Under the pieces are notes generated by a model. That model saw only the letters and a list, made by a program, of their open reading frames with translations, had not been told where the DNA came from and searched no databases. A DNA stretch of 64,000 bases from Macrostomum lignano (Eukaryota): contig NIVC01000583.1 of the NCBI GenBank assembly GCA_002269645.1, forward strand, positions 415,196-479,195, given 5' to 3'. This document shows positions 44,324 to 55,622 of this stretch, piece after piece. Numbering within the stretch: the stretch's first letter is position 1; every line of letters starts with the position of its first letter. Position numbers and translations under genes: made by a program.

Positions 44324-45625
44324 GTTTCAACTACTTGAGACGGCTTCGAAGCAGGAATGAATCCCACACGGAAGTCTACAGCCCAGCCCAAGAAATAGTT
44401 AATGGAGGCTAAATTGCTAGTAATGCAATTTTTTCATGAAAAACACGAGTTTTCCTCATTTTTCGATTTTTAACGTTAAAATGCTTACTTTATGGATCAA
44501 AATCTGCCATTTTATCAATAGAAATCATAATTTTAGCTAATATACCATCAAAAAATGTTGTTTTGTCATTCAAATAGGCATGTACATTGTCCAAGAAGCT
44601 GGGGAAATATTCTATAGACACTGTAAAAATTGGGGCTAAAAACACAGTCTGCAATTACCCTATTAAACCTAAAGTTTTCAGCATTCAATTGATTTCGATT
44701 ACTACATCATGCCATTGATGCTATTTTAAACGTTATTCTCAGTTCTGAAGCTCACAACAGCCTCTTTTAGATGCACTGAATCGGTTTTGTTGCATACTTT
44801 GCATGTTGATTCACCCTTCAATTCAACGATTCTCCGGCCGCTATACATTCTAGCCATATTCAAAATTCAACCCAGGACTATTAATGTTCGCCAATATGGA
44901 GAGAACAACACCTACCCAAGCCTCACCAAGGCAATTCTTTACTACCGCGTAAATGCCATAACTGACTCTCTGTCCCTATAACCCCAGGTCCATCCCTAAA
45001 CATTACGTAAACAGAAGTAGAAAACTCTGTCTCTGATTTGGCTTGCGACAGGGGCTGTCACCTTTATTACTCTTTGATGGATATTTTGGATGATGGCAAG
45101 AGCTTTTCATCGACTATTTCTCTTCCCCGAGCCTCTGTCAATCAGATGCTTTGCACACAAGCCCCATTTCTCCCAGGTTCTTAAATTGATACAGCGATTT
45201 TTAACAACCATTTTCTCGCAGAGACCGGCGGGCCTTAAAAACCACAGAAGTCATCTTTCATATTTTTCATCTGTATTTAGCTATTATTGGTCCGCCAAGG
45301 TATTGTCTTTTGAATAAACACCGTTTTCTATCCAATTCAAGTCGAAAAGACATGCTGCAAGAGGAAGCGGTCTTCCTAATTAAGAGACTGTACTCTGGCG
45401 GAGCAGCAGTTTTCACTCCTGCGAGAATGCTGGTTGGGTGGCTCCGCTCAGATCCAATAAAATACCGCATGAGAAAAGAATTGGTGGGGTATTTTCGACC
45501 CCCAACTTTTCTATACCAAATGCGGAACCGAGTGTACAATCGTACACTAATCTAGAAAATATAGACCCGGGAAAGAAAATCACGCACACCTCTCGTGCCC
45601 CTACCCCATCCTCCCTCTCGCAGGG

Positions 45626-45634
45626 TATATAAAG
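45626..45634 (+). promoter_or_regulatory. TATA box (TATATAAAG) upstream of pPolB exon 1
   Basis: Canonical TATA in GC-rich context, 280 bp upstream of ATG 45906, followed by a CAG-rich leader. Confidence 0.5.
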
Positions 45635-45905
45635 CGGGTGAGAGCTGCTGCTGCAGCATCAGCAAAAGCAGCCAGCAGCAGCAGAAGCCACAACAGCAGC
45701 ATCAACTGCTTCAACAGCATCAGCCTGCAACAGCGGCAACACAGCAGCAGCATCAGCACAGCTAGCAGCAGAAGAAGCAACAACAGCAGAAGTCACAACA
45801 TCAGCAAACGGCAGCAGCATCAGAAACCGCAAGCATCAGCAGTCACAGTCGCAATCACAGCAGCATCAGCCGCAATCGCAGTAGCACAGCAGCAGCAGCA
45901 GAAGC

Positions 45906-48900
45906 ATGGCATCAAAACGTTCGGCCGCTGAAGCAGCAATTTCAGCCTTGTGGGGGCGAGCAGGCCCCTCACAACAGCAGCAGCAGCAGCAGCACAGAGC
46001 ACTCTCCGGCCTGGGACCCTATACAGCCCCAGGACGAACGAGGCTCCACGCTCCTGGACTGGTCCATCGACTCGCAACTGGAAATCCTTAACGACGGCTC
46101 GCCCACCAGAGTCAATAAAGCCACAGGTGGCGAAAGCTCACCGGATGTGTCCTTCGCCTCCTCAAAGCTGGCTAGCAAATGCACCTGGCAAGTCTCCGAT
46201 GACCTCGGCAGTGATCACACGCCGATTGTGATCCGCCTTGACCTCAAGGTTAGGACCTTGCCTAAGGCCCAAAGCCGTCTCATATGGCGCAAACAAGGGG
46301 TCGACTGGAATGCTTTCCAAACGGTCGTCGAGGACAAATTTAAAGCCCTTCACAAAGAGCATCTTACCTTTGACGCCAGAGCCAAACGTTTTAATGATAT
46401 AGTCATGCAAGCGGCAAACCTTTGCATCGGCAAAGTCCGTACCTCGCACAGACCGCGTCCCTGGCTCACCCCTGAACTCAAAGCGGCGATTAAGCTCCGT
46501 AACCGCCTCAGGCGCTCCGTTGGCGAGAATAGAGAAGATTGGCTCAGCGCCTGCGCCAACGTTCACAAAATTGCCAGGGCAACGAAAGAGGCTGCTTGGC
46601 GTGACACGATAACCGATCTTGAGAAAGAGCCCAACTCGAACAAGGCGTGGAAGTTCATCCGCAGCCTTAACGGCACTCCGGACTCCAACTGCCCTAATGA
46701 GGCCCTCCAGGTCGGCAACAAAGTGTTAACAGACCCTAGAGACAAAGCCAACGCCTTTGCCAAGCAGTACGCCTCTGTCAGCAGGTACCACATTTCCCAT
46801 TCGGATCGCGCTACTATCCGAGAAGCCAAAGCCATCCTTCGGCTTCCCCTTCCGCTCCCAGGTTCGACCCACGACGGATACGCCGCCATCACCGAGCAGG
46901 AACTGGACTCCGCCATACAACACCAGCGTGCTAACGGCGCTGCTGGCGCCGACGAGGTCACGCCTCGGTTCATTAAGGCCCTTGGCCCGCTCGCCCGCGC
47001 AGAGCTGCTTAGTCTCTTCAACTGGTCCTTCCAGCACGCGGCCGTCGCTCAATCCTGGCGCACCGCGATTATTATTCCCCTGCTCAAGGCTGGAAAGTCA
47101 GCTCGGGACATCGCGGCCTTTCGCCCCATCAGCCTCACATCCTGTATTGTCAAGCTGCTCGAGCGCATCCTGGTCACTAGATTGCACCACCTGGCTGAGC
47201 GCCACGGCTGGATCTCCCCGAACCAGGCGGGGTTTCGGGCCAACTACTCCTGCGAGGATCAGCTCCTGAGAGTCACCCAAGACATCAGCGACGGGATGAA
47301 CCTCAAACCATCTGAACGCACGATCATTGCTCTGCTTGATTTCTGTAAAGCCTTGACAAGGTATGGCGTGAGCGCCTCATCACCGTTATGGCACGCAAAC
47401 GCGTCCCTCTTGTCTTTATAAAATGGACTGCGGCCTTTCTGCACCATCGCATTGCCCGCGTGCAACTCCACGGTCCTCGCAGCTCACCGGTTATCATGCG
47501 CCAGGGCCTCCCGCAAGGATCGGTCATCGCTCCGTTTCTCTTCCTTATTTTCATTGACACGGTCAATGACGTGGTCAACCCGCCGGCAGAGATCTCCATG
47601 TATGCCGACGACATCGCCCTCCGCGCCCGCCACCGCAACAAGCTAGAGGCTCAACGCGCTGTGCAAAGAGCACTCGACAACGTGGCCCGCTGGAGCAATG
47701 AGCACAAAATGGTCCTAAACCCAGACAAAAGCGAGGCCGCCTTTTTCTCCACGGACACCAGCGAAGCCGCCTGGTCCCCGGCTATCTCTATCGAAGGCCG
47801 GAACCTGCGGCACAATCCAACGCCTCGGCTGCTGGGCCTCACACTGGACCGCACTCTGAGTTTCCGCAGCCATCTGGAGCACGTGTGCAATCGGACCACT
47901 TCCCGTTGCCGTCTCCTCGCCTGCCTGGCCTCCAAGGAATGGGGTTGGTCCAAAAAACTCCTGATCCGCATTTACCGTGCCATGCAACTTAGCATCATTA
48001 ACTTAGCAGCGCCGGCCTGGCACCCTTGGCTCTCTGAATCCGCGTTTCAACAGCTGGAGAGAGCGCAGAACGCAGCTCTTCGTATTGTCACAGGACAACA
48101 CCGCACGACACCGGTTGAGGCCCTTAGGCTGGAAGCTGGCATCTGCTCCGTCCGCACTGGTAGCAATGTTATATGCCTGACGGCCTTCGAAAGAGCTCAG
48201 CGCCTCCCGGATTCTCACCCGTGCCGCATTGCCGCCACTGGTAACACAGCGCACAGGCTACGCAGGAACAGTTGGCGGAACCACGTCACCGACCTGCTGC
48301 CACTCATAGCTAGCTCGGTCACGCCGCGCGCCATGATCTGCACTGCTCGTCCGCCGCCTTGGGACCCTTTCTCTACCGACGTGCGTGTCGACATGGCGTT
48401 GCCGGAACCCGGTCCCGCGCGCACAGCCACGGCCATCGACACTATCCGCCACCTCCCAGGCCTGATCACCATCTACTGCGACGGCTCGGCATCAGGCGGC
48501 ACGACCAATGGCGGCGCCTCAGCCATCGTCACGACCGGTGACCCAGCCCACCCTATCATCCTGGCGACTCTTCAACAGCGCGGCGCGCCCTCCACATCCT
48601 CGTTCGAAGAGGAGCTTCGCGTCGCCTCTCTCGCCATCGGCTGGATCAACCAAGCTGCTCTCACCGCGGCTACCAACATCTGCTCCGACAGCCAATCTAT
48701 GCTCCGCGCTCTGGCCAGCGGCAACCCCAGAATCAGATCTGCACTACCTACTGCATCTGCCGAAATCACCTGGCAGTGGGTTCCGGGCCACCAGAATATT
48801 CCTGGCAACGAGCTGGCCGACCAAGCAGCCAAAGAGGCCACCACGCTCGTGTCTCCCGCTAGTCAGATCAGCATCCACAGCGCCAAAAACGTCATCAGAA

Positions 48901-51900
48901 GATCCGTCCTCGATCCCCCGATACGCCACGAGCGCACCCGGCACGCGTACCGGCTTCTCAACCGTCAATTGGAAGAGGACTCCATCACCAACCGTGCCGA
49001 TGCGGTGCTTCTTGCGCGCTTACGCTCAGGTCACTGCACTCTTTTCAACGCGTATCGCAGCATTGTCGACCCGGCCGTCGACCCGGCATGTCACCGCTGC
49101 GGCCATCCCTGCGATGACCTGAAACACTGGCTTGACTGCCCAGCTCTCGCTGGCACCAGGCTCCGCCTTCTTGGAGGACCCACGACAGACATCAGCAGCA
49201 TTTCCGCCGACCCCCTCGGGTTGATAGCGCTGGCCAGACACTGCCCTTAGCTCTGCCTGGGCGCGTACCACCAAAACAACAACAACAACAACAGCAGCAG
49301 CAGCAGCAACAGCAACAACAGCATCAGCCTCCGGCCGCAAAGAGGGGACGCCCGCTAGGTGAGTCTCTGCGTGTGTAAAACTATGCTTTTAGCATTTGCA
49401 AAATCTGAATTCAGAAAAATAGGGCTGTATAATTGCTTTAGCATTTGTGTGATTTGCAAATTTTTTCGCTAGTTGAAATATGGGCTTTCTTTGAAACCAC
49501 AGCTGCTTTTCATCTTTAACATTCATTTTGACTTAAAATTTCTGAATTTCCTCTTGACATAGATGTTGAAGTAAAGGGAGGAACTGGATTTCTCAAATTC
49601 AGGCCTGTTGAAATAACAGAGTTTTAGAGAATATCCGCAGCAGCAGCAGTATAGCCGGATAATGCCTGTAGAGGATAGTCATAAAATTTCAGGGGTTATG
49701 TGACTAATCCTTGAACTAGAGAGAAGCAAAAACAGCAATCCTGCAGCGCGAACGTGACTCAGCGGGGTGGGCAGGCCGGTATTCTGGCGGCAGTGATAAA
49801 ATCAACCCCCGATTTTGGGCATGATGATGTAATCACCGCTGTACCGGTAATTGTAGGGGTTTTGGCAGCAATAAAACTTGGCTGCTACAGTGAGGGTTAT
49901 TAATCAGACATTTATGACAGCTTTAAAAATCCAAAAGCGACCGCGCGGTATTGTTGCTAGGTGTCAAGGGGGCACAATGGAGGCACGTGCTGATAGGGGG
50001 TTTTCTTAAATTTTACAATGTCTGCTGCGGCAGGATCAGTGTTATCAGGGTCATCAATCAAACATTTTTGACAGCCTAAAATTCGAAGCGGGGTTCAATC
50101 AACCCCACATTTCTTTTGTTGCTACGTGTCGGAACGTGCCGAGTTGGGGTTTTTACAACTCGCCGATTTTTGTTGCTTGGGGTGGGGCGATAAAATTGCT
50201 GCTGCTGCAGGCAATCAATCAAAAAATTTTTGACAGTTGTAAAATTCCAAGCGGTCAGAATTTTAGTCACCATGCGCATTTTATTGCAGATTTGGCTCAA
50301 TTTCAACCCCCGCCCCAGCCCGACACTGTCGAAGGCGATGGTAAAGAGTTGATTTTATTTCATGAGTCATACACCCGCCGCCTCTCGCAATTCTAATTTC
50401 AAAACCCTTCATTTTTTCGGGCTTCATTGCGCATCTTGGCGGGGCGAAAGCCCTGCCTAAATTTAGAGCCGCAGGGTATGAGTATGTGGTATCATTCACC
50501 GATACCACTGATATTCGCGCCACATTCACAGAAGTAATTTCTACACTTTGTGAGGACCTGCGGGCAGATGATTTCGTCGCATCTAAGCTGACGGCGGACA
50601 ATATGATGCTCGCCATCAATGTCCCGCCCGTCCGCCGCAGCCGCTTCACTGCAGAGCTGATATTTAAACATATCAACAAGGTTCTGCAGTCGGACTCCAG
50701 CGTCTTGGGTAACAACTTTAAATTGTTTTTGCTCAAGGCCTGGGTTCCGCGGGGCGGCTGCGGCAGCCTAGATGCGGCGGAAAAGCATATTCAGGCCAGG
50801 CATGCTATGGGCAACAGCTATGTCGTCATCGCCAACAGCGACAAGCGTTGCCTCATCAGGGCGCTGGTGGTGGCCAAGGCTTTCGCCGATCTGCAGGCCA
50901 AGGCCATTACTAGGACTACATGGCAAACCGTCAAGGCCGACTCCACAATGCAGAAGAAGCTGACTGGGGAGCTTCAGATTGCTGCTAAATTGTATTCGGT
51001 GAGTAAAAAATAATCTTGCACATTTTAATTTGCATTTTTATTAATATACAAATGTTTTAGTCTTTATCAACCATTGCACAGGACGGGCCTTTCGGGGTTG
51101 ACATGCTCCCCCAACTGTTGGCTGTCCTGAACGCCCAGTCACCAGGCCGGGATTTCGGCGTTCGTGTGTACAGTGCCGAGGAGGGCAATACATGTGTGTA
51201 CGCCCTACCAGGCAGCACAGTGCTGAATTTGCACCTAATTGGCGAGCACTAACGCGGTGTGCAAGGTGCCGCCATTTTTCGGTGCCCGTCGCTATTGTGA
51301 CCGCTGCCAGCAGCCGTACGACTGCGTGTCTGGAGAACACAAGTGCTCCAACACCTGCCCTCAGTGTAAAGTGCCCGGCTCCAATTGCAAGAGCCTGCAG
51401 CGTGACTACAAGCGCTGCCCAGACTGCGGATTGAATTGTTACAATCAGCAGTGTTTTGACAACCACCGCCGGAAAAACCGGGCTGGGCGGTCGCGCTGCG
51501 ACTCTGTCCGAGTCTGCCCCAAATGCGGATATTTGGAGGAGATGAAAGTCGGGCAAAAGGAGCCGGAACACAAGTGCGGCCATGTCAAGTGCCCACTGTG
51601 TAAACAGTATGACGAGGCCGGCTCGCATTTGTGCTTCGTCAAGGCTTCCAAAGTGAAAGCTTCAACTATGCCGTACGTGTTCTACGATACGGAAACATAC
51701 ACGGATGAGGAGAAGCAGCATCACGTGCATCTGGTGACTGCCGTCACGTGTTGCGAGACCTGTTCCGGCCGGGCATTTCCGCGCGAGACTTGCCGCCTCT
51801 GCAATGGCCTGCATAGCACTGCCAATTGTCTGACTGGCCGCGATCTGGGGAAGGAATTCTCCAATTGCGTCAGCCCTTCAGACTGCGCCTGCCAAATGGC

Positions 51901-54472
51901 CGATTTTGTGGCTGTGGGCCCGGCCTCGCTGAATGCTTTTTTCGCCTGGCTAAGCACCACATTCCGAGGCGGCGCCATTGTTGTCGCGCATAATGCATCA
52001 GGCTACGATTCGTTTTTACTGCTTGGCGCTCTACTCAACGGCCTGGCCAAGAAGCGGCCCCAAGTACTGTTCCAGGGCAGCCGGCTAATGAGCATGACGG
52101 TTGATAAATTGGTATTTAAAGATTCGTTTAATTTTATACCAATCCCGCTTGCGCAATTCCCCAAAGCTCTGGGGCTCGAGGACACAAAGCTGGCCAAGGG
52201 GACCTTTCCCCACGAGTTCAACAAGCCGGCTAATTGGAACTACGTGGGCCCCTACCCGACTATTGATTATTATGGCGGCAAGACAAACAAGGATTACGGC
52301 TCCATCTGTGCTTGGCTAGCCTCGCGACAGGGCGAGTTGTTCAACTTTAATCGGGAGTATCTCGATTATTGTTTGAGCGACACAGTCCTGCTTCGCGAGG
52401 GCTGCATCAAGTACAGGGCAATAATTGGTGACATTTGCGACGGCCTGGAACCATTTGTACAGGCCAATACGATTGCCAGTTTAGCAATGGCCGTTTTCAC
52501 CACCCGGTTTATGGAGCCCAACTCGGTCGGCGTGATTGCCCGGCAGGCCGACCAGCAGTCATTCAAGGCGCGCAAGTGGCTGGCCTATTTGAATGCCACC
52601 GAATTTGGTGGGCGGCTGCGAACCTGCGACTCGACTGGCGGTGAGGCGGTCATTCTCGGCCGCAAGGTGGACGGCTTTGATGAGGCCACCAACACTGTCT
52701 TGCAGTTTCATGGCTGTTTCTACCATGGCTGCGAGCAGTGCATGCCCGATCAGGATGTTGTCCACCCGCTCAAACGGCAGCCTCTGAGCCATATCCGCCA
52801 CGAGACTGAGTGGTTCACTCGCGAGTTGGAGCGGCACAATTACAGTGTTCGAGTCATTTGGGAGCACGAATACGACACTGTATTGGCATCGCAGGCCGAT
52901 TTCATTGCCGCAACTGCACATCTGCGCGCTCCGCTCAAGATGGAAGATGCGCTCTACGGCGGCCGCGTAGAGTGTTTTATCCCGCATGCTGTGGCCAGCG
53001 AGACTGAGACTCTCAAATATCGGGATGTGGTGAGTAGTGATACTACTAATGTAGTAGAATATTTTGCAAAAATACAGTTTATGAAAAATAATGTTTTATT
53101 TCAACTGGCAGGTCTCTCTGTACCCGACGGTGCAGTCGAAAGACCCGTACCCGATTGGCCACCCGGTGAACCACCCGACGCCGCAAGTGCTCGATTCTGA
53201 CGCGCTGGCCAGCTACTTTGGCATTGCCAAAGTGACAGTGCTGCCGCCGTCAGATTTGCATATTCCGCTGCTGCCCTACAGGGTGCAAAAGAATCTCTTT
53301 TTGGGCTTTGCCGCACCTGTATGGAGCAGCAGTGCAGCGGCTGCTGCGACCACTCAGACGAGGAGCGAGCGCTGACTGGCACCTGGGCCACGCCGGAGCT
53401 GCGAAAGGCCTTCCAGTTGGGCTACCGGCTGCAGGTGGTGCACGCGCTGGCCTACTGGACTATGTGACTATGTCAGCACCTTCCTCAAATTGAAGGCTGA
53501 GTCGAGCGGCTCCCCGGCATGTCAGATGAAGACAAGGCCGCCTATATTGCCGATTTCTACGCAAAGGAGGGCGTCACGCTGGACAAGGTCGAGCCCAACC
53601 CAGGACTTCGCTTTGTAGCGAAAATCTTTTTGAATTCGTAAGTATTCATAAATTGATTTTTAAACGATTTCTTCTTCTACTAACAGTAGCTTTTCTTTAC
53701 ACGCAGGCTCTGGGGTAAATTTTGTCAGCGTGACGACCTGACATCGACAGAAATTGTATCCAGCTACGAGGACTGGCTCGCCCGGCTGACCGACCCCAAC
53801 CTCAAAGTCAAGGCCTGCGAACCGATTGGCAGCGAGTTTATGCTGCTGGAGTACCGGCACCGCTACTTTAATCAGCGGCCGTTCCGCTACTCCAACGTGC
53901 CAATCGGTGTTTTTACAACCACGCAGGCCCGGCTGCGCCTGTACGAGGCATTGGAGGGGCTCGGCGAACGGGCCATTTACTGCGACACTGACTCGTAAGT
54001 ATTGCTCTTTTAGAATTGATTACATGTAAATAGTTAGCATGTGGAACTAATTATCTCGTTTTTCTCTCTCCCCCCACACAGGGTCGTTTACCGGCATTCC
54101 GAGGGCCAATGGGAGCCGCCCCATGGCACGAGCCTCGGAATGTGGACCGACGAAGTGCCCACAGGCAGCCGGATGACCGACTTTGTAAGTGGAGGGCCCA
54201 AGCTCTACACTTACATTGTCGAGGATGCGGCCGGTGTCCGGAGCCAGGTCTTGAAATGCAAGGGCATTCGCCTGACTCCGGAGATACGGGAGCGTAGCGA
54301 CGACCTGCGCAACACACTGCTACACGGTGGCTCTCTGCAGCTGCCGCAGTTTCAGTTCAGGCGCGACAAGGCGTCTTGTACCATTCACACTGTTAGTATG
54401 GACAAGACGTTTCAGCGCGTCCTGACAAAACGTGTGTACGGGGCCGGCAGCAGGCCTTATGGCTATAAATAA
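45906..54472 (+). pseudogene. polB: Intron-containing protein-primed family B DNA polymerase (Polinton/Maverick type), disrupted; exons 45906-[LINE]-49358, 50290-50340, 50451 (or 50475)-50998, 51082-53029, 53112-53637, 53707-53994, 54082-54472
   Basis: ExoI VFYDTET, ExoII HNASGYD, ExoIII DYCLSD, GGRVEC, motif A YRDV|VSLYP, motif B KIFLNS|LWGKF, motif C YCDTDS|VVY, LGMWTDE, FVSGGPKLY, KCKGI and terminal RPYGY. All six introns are GT-AG and in phase. Frameshifts lie near 51250, 53300, 53465 and 53512. Confidence 0.92.
45994..49290 (+). mobile_element. 5'-truncated non-LTR retrotransposon of the I group (Ingi-like): APE C-terminus, RT, RNase H, CCHC finger, (CAA)n tail
   Basis: HSPAWD..LNDGSPTR..SPDV..SDHTPI (APE), FRPISLTS, QAGFR, GLPQGS, YADD, IYCDGS..SDSQS..QWVPGH..GNELAD (RNase H), CHRC..H...C. 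One 1-nt deletion near 47354 (KAF/DKV). Confidence 0.93.
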
Positions 54473-54879
54473 TGTAATCCAATTATAACTGACGATTCAA
54501 TGTACATTGTTGTATTGTTAAATTTATCAGAAAAAATCTATTTGTTGTACATAATTTGCATGTCAATGTACGAGCCGTATATAAAGCATTTTTGCATTGT
54601 AGTATTGCCAAATTTATTAGAGTAAATCTATTTGTTGTACATAATTCAATGTACATAAAGCATTTTTGTATTGTATGCGGCGAAATTGCCAATGTAAAAA
54701 TCTATTGTACATATTTTGCGTGTCAGACCTGTTTAAAATCATTTATGAAGAGAAAAATATTGAAAAACAATGTAAAATTTTCTGTATATTCTATTCGCTG
54801 GTAATGTTGTACATAAATTATTTACTGTAATATGCTACTGATTTAATGTAAATATATCTTCTTTGTAAATAGTTTATAT

Positions 54880-55291
54880 ACGATGTGAGCTGTACAATTA
54901 GTTGACTCATTTGGATGAGATTGTACATGTAGTAGGGTTTCGAGTTGTAATTTTGGTGTGCGCGGGCCGTCTGGGGATGACACTATACATGTGGATTAAT
55001 GCACATACTGCGTACATATAGAATTGGGTATAGACATGGACATTTGAGATAGATAGGGATTAATGTACATAGGATTAATGTACATATCCAATTTGAGATA
55101 GATAGGGATTAATGTACATGGGATTAATGTACATATATGAGCACATGGATTATTACGACTACATATTGCCATATATCACGCTTAGGATAGCGTTTTCGAA
55201 TACTACTTACTTCATTTTCAGATAGTAGTATAATTTGCGTTTTTTGCGTCAGAATTCTGAAAACCCAGCTCTAATGGCGCGATACGTAGTG
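54880..55291 (-). repeat. Right terminal inverted repeat
   Basis: Reverse complement of 36392-36780 with an internal ~40-bp duplication; ends CGATACGTAGTG. Confidence 0.92.
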
Positions 55292-55310
55292 CAGTCTCTT
55301 CCGCTACCAG

Positions 55311-55622
55311 TCCGTGTGTCGCGACCTTGTCTCTGGCGGTGCGAGCAGCGACTGCCGAGTGCTCATCCGATTTCCGATCAAATATCCGGCTCAGCTCAAC
55401 CCGAAGCTCACAAACGTGTGGCTCGGAGACGACATGTCTGCATTTGAGAATGTCGTGTGCCAGGCTGACGAAGAGACCAACCGAATTTATCCGATCGGAG
55501 TCCAGTGGACAGAGGAGGGCGCCGCGTTCGATGGGAGCAGCTCGTTTCTGGCCATGAACAAGAGCGACATCGGGTTCGGCACAGGCGTCACGGTGCTGCT
55601 CAGGATGAAGCGGCAGCCGCAG
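55311..55622 (+). CDS. Orphan exon resembling the start of a LamG/concanavalin A-like domain (may run on to the stop at 55697)
   Basis: Acceptor TCTCTTCCGCTACCAG at 55310, GC3-rich codons, GVQWTEEGAAFDGSSSFLAM...VTVLLRMK, possible donor CAG|GTGCAG. Partner exons were not identified. Confidence 0.55.

Larger units (their letters stand above)
36392..55291. mobile_element. 18.9-kb TIR-bounded element carrying a Polinton/Maverick-type pPolB gene, with nested insertions
   Basis: ~390-410-bp inverted repeats (36392-36780 and 54880-55291), both starting CACTACGTATCGCGCC, enclose a pPolB gene. No TSD, capsid, integrase or ATPase seen. Confidence 0.8.

Noticed and set aside
41822-44369. Reading the two identical 28-32-nt motifs as the TSD of the LINE fragment
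   Set aside because: The LINE has no 3' end or tail before the second copy, and a third diverged copy exists upstream, which favours older duplication.
40805-45600. Capsid, integrase, ATPase or protease genes of a Polinton in the residual sequence (ORFs 45090-45632)
   Set aside because: Only short ORFs without DDE, Walker, jelly-roll or adenain motifs; highly decayed remnants cannot be excluded without a profile search.
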